A stretch of DNA of 64,000 bases from Amoebidium appalachense (Eukaryota; Protista; Ichthyosporea). Each line of letters begins with the position of its first letter. The first letter of the stretch is position 1. Positions 21,491-39,927 of this stretch are shown here, in pieces. The stretch is taken from NCBI GenBank assembly GCA_963693365.1, contig CAVNZM010000013.1, positions 1,699,817 to 1,763,816 of the forward strand, read 5' to 3'. The position numbers and the translations under genes were made by a program. The notes below the pieces were generated by a model that was not told the origin of the DNA, did no database searches, and saw nothing but the letters and a program-made list of their open reading frames with translations.

Positions 21491-21795
21491 CTACCCAGCA
21501 ATCGCCTCCTCTCCCGGTGCCTCCTCACTAATCCCAAATTTGACCTTTGTCGCTTTCTCACTGAACTCCCACAGCTGACGGGCCAGATTCGGGTCGGTGG
21601 CATGGCTCGCGGGTCGGGCCAGGTTACAGTCGGAAAAGTACTTGCCCGATATGTCCCTAATGGCCTCGGAGATGGACAGATAGACGGGTGTGGCTGCGCC
21701 TTGGACTGGGGTCTTGCCGAATACTTTCACTGTGTGCATGTGTGTGTGTGTGTGTGTGTGTTTTGTGTGTGTACAGTGTGTGTGTATGTGTGGGA

Positions 21796-21831
<36 letters not shown>

Positions 21832-22472
21832 GGGTAAGCTATAAGAAGCAAAATTCGCAACTCTTAGAACAAAATATGCACATGAAAAATGTACTGTAGT
21901 GGTCTTCTCTTTTGATTGAGTTGCACACCAGTTTCCTCCCCCCCCCCCCCCCCCCCCCCCCCCCCTCTCCCCTCCCGGGCCCCCCCCACATGCACACCTT
22001 CCTATCCAACAAATCTACAAATTTTATAGGGAGAGACAGAGGGAGAGAAAATGCAGACCTGTAGTCGTTGCATATTCTTAAGAGTTCCACCCGGACACGG
22101 GATACTATTTAAGAAGTATGTCCACATGTAGAGTAATGTTTCCCATTCTATCCAATATGTGCAAGATGATCAGTAATCCTCCTCCCCCCTTCCCCCCCCC
22201 CGCCTTCTGTCTCCCTTGCGGTGCCGTCACTGTGAAACAGGGATAGTCGGGTAGAAGTGAAATATGAGGGTGTTTGCGTATGTGTGCGTGTCCGCGAGCG
22301 TGTGTGTGTATGAGTGCGTGTGTGTTACGGTGGGGTTTGATTTGTTGATTTTTTTTGTTGGTGGCAGGGAAGGGGAAGGGGGGGGGGGGGGGGGGGGGGG
22401 GGAGTGGGTGTGTGTGCGTGCACGTAAGCATACGGTATGCTGTAGTTTTTTCCCCTTCTTTGAGGTGTAAGA

Positions 22473-22551
<79 letters not shown>

Positions 22552-23350
22552 GGGGAGAGGGGGTGAAGTAAGGGGGCAAGAGGGGGTGGGACATTCGGTA
22601 GAAAAGAATAGGTGGAATGTTTAGCAAAAGAGGTGCTGGGGATTCGGCAGAGAAGGAGGGGGTGGGAGGGCCAGATGTGAAGGGCTGGTGAGTGGGGTAC
22701 TAGTAAGATCGGGCGGGAGGTGGGGTGGTACTCTGAAGCCGGAGGGAACAAGAGGAGTACCCGCGGCGCGCGGGGGGGGGGGGGGGGGGGGGGGGGGGGA
22801 CACGTACGTGCAGGGGTCATGGTGAGGTACTCTGGCCACGAGAGATTGCGCACGATGGGGGTGGGCTGTGTGCCGGGGTGGCAGGCATTTGCGCTGATGT
22901 GGAGGCCCAGCTCGTGCATGCGGGCAGTGAGTTGCTGTGCAAACAGTACCATGGCCGATTTGCTGCGCCCATAGCCCAGCCACCGCCCAATTGGCCCACC
23001 GCGGTACCACGTGTTCTGTGGGAAAATGGATGGGACATGCGATGAGCATGTGGAATGCAGCAAACGGGGTGTTGGAAACCATATGGCAGAATGCTCTATC
23101 TCCCTCCCCCCCCCCCTCCCCCCTCCCCACCTCCCCATATATCCAGGTCGCGCCTGCAAGATTCCCCCCCCCCCCCCCCACCCCCACCCCCCACCCCACC
23201 CTCCTCCCCCCCCTCCCCCCCCATTTCCTATCCCGGACCCAAGTTGGCCCCTCCATTTATCTACCCTCTTTCCTCCCCTGAACCGGCTCCATTCATCATA
23301 GTCTCCCTCTTCTATCTTTGCTGGCCGCATCAACCGGGCCACCCAAACCA

Positions 23351-23389
<39 letters not shown>

Positions 23390-24348
23390 ACAAAAAAAGC
23401 CCCCTTTCCTCCCACCCTACCCTCACTCCTCCTTCCCGGCCTCCCCTCCCTCCCTCCCTTCTCCAACTTCTTTTCCTACCTGTAGTGCTCCTCCCACACA
23501 TTTCCACCCTCCATCCGATTTCCACACATTTTCAAGACTACATCTACGTAAAGAATCAGCACCATTACCCCCCCCCCCCCCCCCCCCCCCTCCCCCTCCC
23601 CCCCCCCCCCCCCCCCCCCCCCCGGCGCCCCCCGCGCGCCCCAACCACCCACCTTTCCGTTGATGTCATTGATGTCGGGTGCTCCAAGATGGTGGGCGAT
23701 GGAAGCCACCAGAACGACCCGGGAGGGCTGAGCCTCGACCAATCGGGGCACGAGCAGTGACGTCAGCAAGAAGTGGCCCAGGTGGTGGGTCTGGAACTGC
23801 GACTCGAACCCGTCCTCTGTCTCCTGGTAGGGCACGGCAAACACACCTGCATGGGGGGTATGTATAATTAGTCATTGCCACTTGAGTCAACGCTAATCAC
23901 GAGTCAGTGAGTGCTATTAAAATATGATGCTGTTAAATACTAATTAGGATCAAGTTCAAGCTGGATAGCAAATACACTTGCACGGCCAGGGACGGGACGG
24001 AGGGAAAGAGGGAGGGAAGGAGGGAAAGAGGGAAGGAGGGAGGGAAGGAGGGAAAGAGGGAAGGAGGGAGGGAGGGAGGAAGGGAGGGGAGGGGGGAGGG
24101 GGGGAGGGGGGAGGGAGAGAGGGGGGGGGGGGGGGGGGGGGGGGGAGGAGGCAGTGGATACAAAATGTTGAAGCAGAAAACTTACTCAGTCAGATAGGCT
24201 ACACCAACAGGTATTCATGTATCACTCCTTTAAACTAGAGCTAACACAAGTGTTTATTGTTTAGAGTTATTGTAGATGTAGTGGGAATGCCCAAGAGTGA
24301 TATCATCAGAACGTAATTTGTACCCAATGTATTCAAATATTTGAGGGG

Positions 24349-24385
<37 letters not shown>

Positions 24386-25561
24386 GGAGGGGGGGGGGGA
24401 GGGGGGGGGGGGGGGGGGGGATTGGATACGGACCAGCGTTGCAGACAAGCACGTGGATTGGGCCACCGGATTGGTTGATTTCGTGGGCACACTGGCGCAC
24501 GGACCGCAGGCTGCACAGGTCCAAGGCCACACACCGCACACTGCCCCCATGCCCCATTGCTCGCAGCTGATTGGCCCACGCCTCCATGGGCTCAGGGCTG
24601 CGGCCAGCAAGGATGATGTTTGCTCCAAGGCCATACAGCACACGGGTCATCTCTCTGCCGATGCCTGAATTTGAAGGTTATCTCAGTGTTGTTATACTTT
24701 ATTTTTTCAATCAAATTTTTGTTTATTTTTGATTTATTTCAAGTTTATTTTTATTTTAATTCTATTCTAATTTTATTTTATTTGTGGGGGGGGGGGGGGG
24801 GGGACGAAGGGGGGTTTTGAAATGGGCCTTTTTGTTGCCTCTAGCCGTTGTTATCATACGTTGAATGTAGAAGTGTGCACTTTTGTCAACCTCTACCGTT
24901 TATCTGTTCATAACTAATGAAATTTAAGTCTTACCTCCACTTGTCTTTTGTCATGCCATCGTGGCTAAAATTCTTACGTTCTATGTTTGTGTGTTTTTGC
25001 CGCTGGGCAGAACGCTGGGGAGAGATCCGGAGGAGAGAGAGGGAGGGAGGGAGGGAGGGAGGGAGGGATGGAGGGATGGATGGAGGGAGGGAGGGAGGGA
25101 GGGAGGGAGGGAGGGAGGGAGGGAGGGAGGGGGTTGAGGGAGGGTGAAAGGGAGGGATGGAGGGAGGGAGGGAGGGAGGGTTAAAGGGAGGGACGGAAGG
25201 AGGGAGGGAGGGAGGGAGGGAGGGATGGTGGCCCAAGGTAGGGCGGGTGTTTGGGGCAGGGGGAGGGGGAGGGAGGGGCGGAGGGGGGAGGGAAGGGGGG
25301 GGAGGGGGGGGGAGGATGAAAAGGGGGAGGGCGGGGGGGCACCCCTTGGGCAGGAGGGTGAGGGTGAAGGGGTAAGGGGGGGGGGGAGGGGGGGGGATAC
25401 ACACCCGAGTAGCCACCGGTGACCATCACAGTCTTGCCCCGCATGTCCACACCCTCCCTCCCAGCCACGTCATCAGCAGTCGTGGCCCAATCATAGCCGT
25501 TGCTGCGCTGGCTCAGATCAAAGTTGACCAGTTTGTTGGTAATGCGCCCAAGAAAACTCAT
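21491..25561 (-). CDS. Short-chain dehydrogenase/reductase (RDH12/WWOX-like), paralog 1
   Basis: Exons 25561-25405, 24664-24434, 23846-23653, 23015-22808, 21729-21491, all phase-consistent. Motifs TGGYSGIG, LDLCSL.SVR, LVCNAG, TEDGFESQFQTHHLGHFLLT, YGRSK, HPG, QGAAT, SGKYFSDC, ARQLWEFSE. Confidence 0.95.
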
Positions 25562-26150
25562 TGTGGCGGTGGTGATGGGTTACTGAAAGGGTGTAGAATG
25601 GGTTAATACGTGACAGTATTAGTAATCTATTAGTAAAGGCTCAAGTTACATGCAATGTAGTGATGGCGGTGGTGGTGGGGGTGGTGGGGGTGGTGGTGAA
25701 TGATTCGAAAAGCATAAATTTTTGATAAGGAGGTCATAACAACTCGTGGACGTCGTGATTGTGGTGGTAACGTTGTGGCGGTTCTTGAACAATGGAAAGG
25801 TGCCGTGTGTATGATGTGTACGGCCAAAAATTTTCTCGTGGTGGTTGTGTTGGCCAGGCAGAGGTGGTGGTGGTGGTGGATTGCAGCAACATATGTAGTA
25901 ATGTAAATGGGTGAAAAACGAGAAAATGGTGAAGCAATTCCAAGGACTCAAAAAAGGCATTGCATTGAGGGAGGAGGGGAAAAAAGGAGAGGAGAAAAAC
26001 AGGAGGAGAGGGGAGAAGAAAGGGGGGGGGGGGGGGGGGGGGGGGGGGGGAGACAACAGGGAGAAGAACTTGTACAAGAAAGGAAATGGCGGCTTAAAGG
26101 GCCGCGGACAGTGTGGCCACAACCCAGCACTTTTTGGTAGGGGGCAGAGT

Positions 26151-26183
<33 letters not shown>

Positions 26184-26433
26184 AGGTGAGGAAGAATATG
26201 GCTAGGGATATGCTGGCACGAAGTTTCTGCACAAATGGAAAGCGCACAGGCAAGGCAAGATTTTCGTGTGTGCGAGTGCCTCTCTCTGTGCCTGTGGGTG
26301 GGTGGGTATGCGTGTGTGCGTGGGTGCGTGGGTGGGTGTGCGTGTGTGCGTGTGTATGTGTGCGTGTGCGTGTGTGCGTGTGTGTGTTGGGGGGGGGGGG
26401 GGGGGGGGGGAGGCGGGAGGTCAGCGGGTGGGT

Positions 26434-26505
<72 letters not shown>

Positions 26506-28440
26506 GTGAGTGGGTGTAGGGGGGGGGGGGGGGGGGAGGGAGATAATGTTTGTACCTTAGGTTTATATTTTGTGGCGTACGAGAGGACTATCGGATTATC
26601 ACCACAGATGACGTGAGGAGAGAAAAAATGAGAACGAACTTTACCAAAACGACCTGAAAAACTGCCGGAAACAAGCTTGTAATGCAGCTGTACTATGTTT
26701 GTAGCACAGTTAGCTTTTATCCGGTCCACCCATCATCTCCCATCAGCAAAAACCATTCTAAAAGGATATAGGTAGGCGGACGGGGTAAAGTTTAACGGTT
26801 TCTGTTTCGTTATCATGTTTATCATACTATTAGCTATCAATTACGCCGTGAACATAGAACGACTTCATGTGTTTGTCATGTTTGTTCATCAATTGTACAT
26901 TTTACAGAAAAGTAAAAGCTTCATCGGGCTCACGTTCGTTCCTGGTTCAAAAACATCGACAGAAGTTTTCGTTTTACGTGCACACGTGTTGGTAGACTCG
27001 AATTTGCTGACTATGTGACAACTACAACGACATGCCCAGTGTGTCTGTATCATGTCTATTTCTCAAGCACCTGCCAAAAATACCTTTATATCTTGACCAA
27101 GCTAAGGTGTGTGCTTTTGTCTGTTTACAGAAGGGGGAAAAAAAAAAGGAAAAAAAAAAAAAAAGAAAAAGATAAAACAATCGATAGAAACAAACAAACA
27201 AAAACCATATAACTAGTAGTCAATAATGATTTCTTTTCGACAATTATTAATTCACATGTACATGGCACCTGTGAGTCTCATTTCAAAACAAAAGGAACAA
27301 CAACTGCACCGGTCTCAGCTGTAAATCACGTGTCGGCTCAAAGTTCCCACGCTCCAACAAAATGCGGTTCTGAGTCACGGGTCCCCAACATTTGGGGCTG
27401 TGGGAATTGTGACACGTGCAACTGGCACGCCACTATTTTTGACACGTGACGGGTGACGGATTGTTCTAGAAAAGGCCTATTTCTATTTGAGTCGGGGGCC
27501 GGACCCAAGAACCAAAAACCGAAACCAAAGCCAAAACAAAAAAAGAAAAGAAAAAAAAAGAAAAGAAAAGACAAAGAAAAAAAGAAGAAAAGAAAAGAAC
27601 CAAAAAGATATGAAGAAAGTAGCTTACCGGGCTGGCTTTGACACTTTGTTGGGTGATCACAGGGCAAAAGCTGAGTATCGTGTCGGGTGACTGACAAAAT
27701 TTGCCCGTAAACGTGCCACGGGAAATGGGGTAGACCATGCACATGCAGTGATGTGTCCTGTTTGAATCTACCTTGGGTGTGAGTGTGGAGTAAAATGGGT
27801 GAGTAAAACTGAATGTGTTGTGTTTGACAAAACGACAAATTCGTTCGATTGAAACGTTAACTGTACTTAGTTTTTGCTAGGGCGAGTTTCTTTGTCTTCT
27901 GTAAGTTACCCAGACAGTGTCTTATTACATCCCCTAAAGGTCGGTTCAAGTAGCGGCTGTGTATATACGTATTGACTTTCAACAAAGTATCTAGAAGGTA
28001 GATTTCAGTGGTTATTCTCTGTGAGCATTTCACTTCGTTACAGGTAGCACACTTGGGTTAACTGTGTCTTGGTGTGTTCGCATCTGTCTGTTTGCCTCGG
28101 TTTGGATGCCTGTGTGCGTGCCTGCCTTGAGCTCTCGCCCCTTGTGAATTCATCTGACGTGCTTGCAATAATACTTGGCAACGTGCATGCAAGCGTACTT
28201 TTCAATCTTATGCCTCTTCCCCCCCCCCCCTCATCCCCTCCAGAAAAAAAATAAGAATAAAACTAAATTTGTAATTTTTTGTGACACAGTTATTTGTTGG
28301 TTCCGTCTGCCTTCACTAGGCTAGACTAAGTGCTGTGCTTTGGACGGGGAGGGAGAGGATAGCGAAGGCGCAAGGAGGGAAGGGGAGAAGGGGGGGGGGG
28401 GGGGGGGGGGAGAAGAGAAGAGGGGGGGAGAGGGGTGGGT

Positions 28441-28471
<31 letters not shown>

Positions 28472-28527
28472 GGGGGGGGGGTGGCGGGGTGAAGTGTAAG
28501 GAACGGGGGATGTGATGAGACACAGAT

Positions 28528-28566
<39 letters not shown>

Positions 28567-28567
28567 T

Positions 28568-28619
<52 letters not shown>

Positions 28620-28805
28620 GGGGGAGGGGGAGAAGGAATGGGATAGGGGGCAGGGGAAGTGGGGAAGTGTATTTTGGGGAGGGGGGGGGGGGGGGGGGGG
28701 GGGGGAAGGGGGGAGGGTTGGAAAGATCAAATTGAAAGAATAACACTTCATACAACTCTATGAAAGAAAAGATAGGGTGACGACATTTCAAATACATCCC
28801 CTTCC

Positions 28806-28873
<68 letters not shown>

Positions 28874-28952
28874 AAAAAAAAAAAAAAAAACCCAACCCAC
28901 CCACAGACACGTACACTTTATCATCCAACTACACCACGTGCACACCACCAAG

Positions 28953-32830
<3,878 letters not shown>

Positions 32831-34220
32831 GACTTTTTTTTTTTTTTTTTGCACTCCCTCTACATCTTTATTTGTAACCTTCCCTGCGCGTGTGTAGGGG
32901 GAAAGGGGGGGGGGGGGGGGGGGGGGGAGGGAGGGGGGGGGGGGGGAGGGGGGAGGGAGGCCCCTTTTTTTTTTTTTTTTTTTTTTGGCCCTTGGAGGGG
33001 GAGAGGGGGGGGGGGGGGGGGAGGGGGGGTAATATATCGTAACCGACTAGTTCTCAAACAACTACTGTCAAGAGGCTTGCCGTTTTCCCCTTTTCTTCCT
33101 TTCTCCTGACCTCACCCGTACTAGGTTGCACCTTTGTGAACGAAAGAATACAAACATCCAGGTCTTTCCCTTCTTTTTGCCCTTTTTTTTTCGGTTTCTT
33201 TTTTTTTTTTTTTTTTTAAACCTTTTTCTTTGTTACCTTGCTGTTATACGTAGATTTAACTTTGTTCGATATGAATTGCAGCACCTTGTTTCAAGAAATC
33301 TAGCTGTAGCACCTTTCCCCCCATATTTCGGAAAATGAAAATCTCAATGTCGTGTATATTGTACATTTTGTTTGTTGTACGTTAACATGATTGTTTCTAC
33401 ACCGGTTTCATTTTTGAAACTATTTTTTATGTTGCATGTTTGGGGACAAGCACCGGCACGTCTCTGCCCTTTTTTTCTTTTTTGTTTTTTTTTTTGCGGG
33501 ACCAAATACAGGAGTCTGTGAGGATCGAAACAGAAGAACCTACCTAGAGACGGTTTATAAGAACACAAAAAAAAACCTTTACTCGGATTCCAGTGTGAGA
33601 TATCACGAAAGCCTGAATATGAGCATTTAACTTTAAACCTCAGTGCTGTATCGAAGAAAAACAGGCGCTACTACGGTTACAAAGCACCCCCCCCCCCCCC
33701 CTCCCCCCCTCCCTCCCCCCTCCCCCTCCCCCTCCCCCTCCCCCTCCCCCCCTTCATCCTCCCTAACCCCCTTTTCTTACCCACACCTGCAAGCATAGCA
33801 TGCACACACACATGCTCACACATACTGTGTATGTTTGCCGACCATGGCGCCAAATGTGAAGCATAGGTGAAAGAAGGGCGGAAATGGGGGAGGGGAGGGG
33901 AGAGGGGGGGAGGAGGGAGGGGATGGGGGGGGGAAGGGGGGGGGGGGGGGGGGGGGGGAAGGTGGGGAAGCGGGGGGAGGGGGGAGGGGTGGGGGGGGGG
34001 AGGACGAGGAGGGGCGGGGTAAGGGGAGTTAGGGAAGGGGAAGTAGGGAGGGGGGAGGGGGGGGGGGGGGGGGGGGGGGAGGGGAGGTGGAGGAGGAGGA
34101 GGGGAAACGGGGGGAAGGAGGGGAGGGGGAGGGGAGGGGGAATTTGCGCATGTGTATGTATGTTTTCACTTCTACGTAAAAAAAAAAAAAACCGCTTATT
34201 CTTTCATTTTGTTTGCTTAA

Positions 34221-34281
<61 letters not shown>

Positions 34282-34367
34282 CCCCCCCCCCCCCCCCCCC
34301 TCCTCTCTCTCTCTTTTTTTTTTTTTTTGGGGGGGGGGGGGGGGGGGGAGGAGGGGGGGGGTGGGGT

Positions 34368-34401
<34 letters not shown>

Positions 34402-35793
34402 CTGTGAGTGGTGTTCGGTGATGTGTGGAAAAGTGTCTGGGTGTATGGGTCTGTGTGTGCGTGTGTAATTTGGATGGGGGGGGAGGAGGGGGGGAGGGGG
34501 GCCACATTCAGCCACTATGGCCACACGTAGGCAGAGATGAGAAGAATCCTTTCTCAATCAGTGAACATTTATGCAATCGGCCGCATTAGTATGACAATGT
34601 AGCATACTCAGAACACATACGTACATCCGCTATACATATATCACTCATGCATCACCTATCCCCCTTAAATTCACATCCACGCCGACTTTGCTAACAAAAC
34701 TTCTTATTTTCTGCATAGAGGAACACACTTAATAAGTTATTCCAAGAACATTTACCACGGTATTCACCCCCGGAGCCTGCATACGGCGCCTCTAGGTCTG
34801 TTACGTTTTTACTCGATGCACGGATGCCGTTTGCCTCTCTCTCTCTTCCATGAACGGGGCGCCTCCTTCCAATCCAACCGGTTTTCCTCGCCATTCTCCG
34901 GTTCTGTTTCATCACACTCGTTGCCGGTTTTCCCTTAATTACAGTTTCATATGCATACAGGAGAAATCTAACCGAAGCTCTTACATGCACATATCAAAGT
35001 TCACCTCGATTTGGAAGATACAATGAACAACTTACTGTTAAATAAACACGTGTCAATACAAAGTGATGATACATGTACATACCGTATGGATAAAATTTAA
35101 ATTATGGAATGGATGTTCTTAAGATTTTACACGATGAATAACACCATGGACAAACAGTTAAAACATTAGCAAAACGGAGATTTAAATTTCGGCTGTTATA
35201 TTCACTTTTACAAGTCGAAATGTCTGGTTAATTATCCATTAAGAATACATCCCGTAAAGGGTTTGATATTACAATCATTAGATATTTGCATATTAATTTG
35301 GACAGTGTGTTTACGAACAAACTTTATGTAAGACGAACAATGCATTAAACACTGGGTAACATACGTTGAAAAAGGATAAATGTGCTGCATAAATACATTG
35401 CATAAGAATGGCAAATTTACACGTTGATTAAACACGTATGATATATAAGCTGGATATTTGATAAGTAGGTCAAATAGATAAGTTGGATATTTTGCATTAA
35501 ATAGCCATGCCAGTCGCGATCCTATGCCGCTTAAGTTGCCGACTTCCCATCGATAGGCTACGGTTCCTCTGTTATGGTTGACGTTAGCGTCAGTAAATTC
35601 AAAATTAAAAAGGTTCAACCTTTTATTTTATTTAGATTTAATGTGCTAATGGTCTTAACCTTAATCTTGCAGTAAAATTTTTTTAAAGTGTAGGTGCGAT
35701 TGGCGGGGGAAGTGCACAATTTTGTGCGGATGCACCCAGAGGCTTCAAAAAAAAAAAGGTGCTACCCGTTCAGCCCCGGACCTCCCCCCCCCC

Positions 35794-35826
<33 letters not shown>

Positions 35827-36596
35827 TTCCCCCTGCCCCCCAAAAAAGGGGGAAAAAAAAAACACACAGACACCCCTTTCCCCTTCCCTCCTCCAACCCC
35901 CCCCCTCCCCCCCCCTCCCCCGACCTCTTCCCCCCACCCCTCCCTCACCTTCCTTCAACCTCATCCCACCAACAGGCAAAAAAAAAAAAAAAAAAAAAAA
36001 AAAAGGGTAACAACAGGCGGGTGAATGGGTGGGGTGGGGTGGGGGGGGGGGGGGGGGGGGGGGAGGGGGGGGGGGGGGGACAAGAGGGGGGAGGGGGGGG
36101 GGGGGCACGTCCATCACCATTTGCCACCAACCCACCCACCAAAACCGCCAAAAACCCACACCAAATCACCAAGAGAGCAACACCACTCACAGCCACTATA
36201 GCAACTATAGGAGAGTTCCCCATCTAGTGAAACATAGCCTGACCTATGTATACAACATGCTCGATTGGCAAAAAAACAAAAATAACTCGAGAAACTGTGG
36301 GTGTGCGAGCGTATCTTGCCCGTTCCCCCTCTCTTCCATTTTCTTTTTCCATATGTCACTGAATTGCACCCTGCCCAGGCTGCAAGCAGGGCCCCTCACC
36401 CCCTCTTCCCGGAGGCACACACACACGTACGCGCCCGCAAGAACACACGTGCACACGCACACACACAAAAACACACACAACCTACGCACCCCCTCCCCCC
36501 CCCCCTTCCCCCCCCTCCCCCCCTCCCCCTCCCCCCCCCCCCTCAAAAACACACAAAAAAAAAAACCCACACCTACACCTGCACCCTCATCCAGCC

Positions 36597-36627
<31 letters not shown>

Positions 36628-36676
36628 AAAAAAAAAAAAAACAATAAAAAAAACATGCATACACGTGTGTCCGTAC

Positions 36677-36817
36677 CTGCAGCTGGGGCAGCGTGGGGGT
36701 GCGGCAGGTTACGAGCAGAGTTGCTGGGAAGGATTTTGATTTTCACCCCCCTGTATTTGCCATGCGGTAAATCCGGTACATCTTCTCACCCAATAGGAAG
36801 TAGTATTGGTCCTGCGT

Positions 36818-36858
<41 letters not shown>

Positions 36859-37800
36859 TCAGCACACACAAAACGGACGCGAAAACAATAGGATGTAAAA
36901 GATAAGAATTAAACAAAATTTAAAAGTAAAAAATGAAATGAAATAAGAAATGGGGGGCGTTAACCCGATACAATGGAAACAACACCCCAATGATCCCCAT
37001 CCATTCCTGATATGACCAGTCATCTCCCATGCCGAATGTCTTTTACATTTACATCTCCTCAGATATCGAGGATTGATGCCTGTTTTGCACCGAGACAAGT
37101 GGTTGGCGCAAAAAAAGTTAACAATTTAGTGATTGTTGGCCCCAATAGCTTAGCGCATACATGAAAGTCTTGGAAGGTCTGAATTTTCGTTATTTGGTAT
37201 TTCTCATTGAATATCCTGTGAAGCTATCTAAGTGACTATTTCGTTGTGCCTGCGGCGAATGTACTATATATCCATTCTAAGATTTTTCTGATTCCCCGAT
37301 CTAAATACTATGATACATAACAAATCTAATAACACTAAACACAACGAACATGAATCCAACGAATCCAATCCATATAGAATGGGGGGAAAAAGAAGGGGGA
37401 GGGGGGAGGGGGGAAGGGAACGTCAGGCCAATTAATGAAAAAAACCTCAATGTCCATACAATATTGATATAAGGCCGAGGGAATATAACATTGAGTGTCA
37501 CCCTGCCAATACCAAAGACTAGCCTCTGAGCCCCAAGCAGGCAGCGTAAACTCTAAATCAGTCTCTTACGTCCTAACCAAGTCGGCATTTCTCCATAACT
37601 TCATTATATAACTTTTGCACCATTTACAGAGAAAATGGAAGTTGCCCCATACACAGATATGTAGGCAAACTTCGTTCACACACTCAGCCCGCCTCCCCCC
37701 CCCCCCCCCCACACACACACACACGCACACCCTCCCCTTCCCCTTGCCCGCCTGCCCCGTGAATAACGCACGTGCGCGCGCACGCACACACGCACGCGCG

Positions 37801-37897
<97 letters not shown>

Positions 37898-38024
37898 GGG
37901 ATTCTGCCACATCATAGAGATGGGACTCCATCTGACGTGCTGCATCGATAAGTTTGGACTCACCAACCACATCAATCTCCGTGCCGTAAAAACACCCTTT
38001 AAGTTTTTCCATGCTGCGCGTGGG

Positions 38025-38095
<71 letters not shown>

Positions 38096-38127
38096 TGTGT
38101 GTCTGTGCTACATGTGTGAGAATGTGT

Positions 38128-38159
<32 letters not shown>

Positions 38160-38178
38160 CTGTGCTACATGTGTGAGA

Positions 38179-38224
<46 letters not shown>

Positions 38225-38300
38225 ACATGAACATGCTGCCTGCGTACCAAAGCCAGTGGTTTAGGTGGCCTTGGTTGAGCGCTATAGTGGACAAGGATCT

Positions 38301-38357
<57 letters not shown>

Positions 38358-38549
38358 ACGGACACGGTCATGCGAAAGGGGCCGGGGGTAAAGGGGGGGG
38401 GAGGGGTGGGTGAAGAGGGAGGGAGGGGGGAGGGAGGGAGGGGGGGAGAAGATATATGCATACATCCTTCTGGCAAGAGTGTTCCTGTGCCCCAGCAAAA
38501 TGTAGTCTCTCCATGTGCCGGGTGGGTATGCCTTTGGCTGCAGCTCACC
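36677..38549 (-). CDS. KIX domain module 2 (CBP/p300- or MED15-type KIX)
   Basis: Exons 38549-38464, 38013-37896, 36811-36677 give GTWRDYILLGHRNTLARRIMEKLK...KLIDAARQMESHLYDVAESQDQYYFLLGEKMYRI. This fits the KIX pattern W...R..L..K....E..(L/M)Y..A.S...YY.LL.EK.Y.I. A TGA at 36745-36743 follows a G6 run; one extra G opens the frame to the donor at 36676. Confidence 0.75.
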
Positions 38550-39294
38550 CTGCAAAAAACAACAGCAGACCAAAGAAGGTGAGGGAAAAATAAATAAATA
38601 AATAAAAAATTCAAACAACAGTTGCTACATAACAATGTGTATCCAGTGTCTATAAACCTATTAAATAGCAAAAGCATGGACTATCGTACGGATACATGTG
38701 TGGATTTATGTACAGATCACAGGACGGTTTTATATGTAGGTGAAATCGTATTGACAAACGAATAGATATATGTATGGATAGACGTCTGTATGCTCATATG
38801 CTCGTGATGGTTATGGTGTTATACTATGCCACATGGAGTTTTTAACTTGTTGGCCGGAATAAAAAAGTAGTGACTAATGAAAATACTATAAGTAAATGCA
38901 CACTGATCCCATCGACATATACTCCACATGCACGTACACCTGAAAATGTGCAAAATTTAGATTGCAATCTTATTAGATCCCTTTTTTATTATTATTTTTT
39001 ATTATTTTTTTTATTTTTTTTATTACATTGTTGGGTGATTTTTCCGGGCAATTTTCAAACTGTTCTCGTGCCCATACCATTCACACCATGCATACCCTGT
39101 CCCTTCCCGTGCCGTCCAAAAAAATTAAAGGGCAAGCGGTGTAATGCAGTTTAGTTTGGTCACTCCTGCACCCATGCTAACTATTACTTGTTGCTTTAAG
39201 TTACCTGGTCGTTACCTAGGCCGGGTACCGCTGCATTCAGAAGCGCTGAGATTGGGGGAGGGAAAGGCGGGCAAGCAGGCGGGCGGGCAGGGGG

Positions 39295-39325
<31 letters not shown>

Positions 39326-39528
39326 AAGGGAAAGGGGGATTAGTGTGGGGCGGGGGAGGGGGGCGGGGGACGGAAGGGCATGGGGGGGGGGGGGGGTGAA
39401 GTGAGGGGGAGAGAGGTTTTTTTGGGGGTGGCGAGGGGGGGGGGGGGGGTGTGTGAAGTGAGGGGGAGAGAGTTTTTATGGGGGGGGTGGGGGGGGGGGG
39501 GGGGGGGGGGGGGGAGGGGAGCAAGGGG

Positions 39529-39564
<36 letters not shown>

Positions 39565-39895
39565 TGATGGTTAGTGGTGTGCGTGCTGCAAATCATTCCA
39601 CATGAAACCAAATTATCACGAATTTCCTCCTAACCAACTGCGCATCATGGCAGCGAATGTACACCACGCTTGCGCCTCACATCGCTGGTGCCTCGTGCAA
39701 GTGCACACGATTTCAAACATACATCCACACACCCACACAACACACCCAATCTCATGGTGTCAGCCCGTCTCCCCCCTCCCCATCCCCTCCCCCCCTCATC
39801 CCCCCCCCCCCCCCAGCAACCCCTGCCCAATCCCCCCCCCTCTTGTGATACGTACGTACACACGCATAGCTACACATACACACATCCACACCTCT

Positions 39896-39927
<32 letters not shown>

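Noticed and set aside
35945-36223. Small membrane protein (MGNSPIVAIVAVSGVALLVIW...)
   Set aside because: The hydrophobicity derives from GT-rich low-complexity sequence, the ORF runs into poly-C/poly-T, and its frame does not match the upstream KIX donor.
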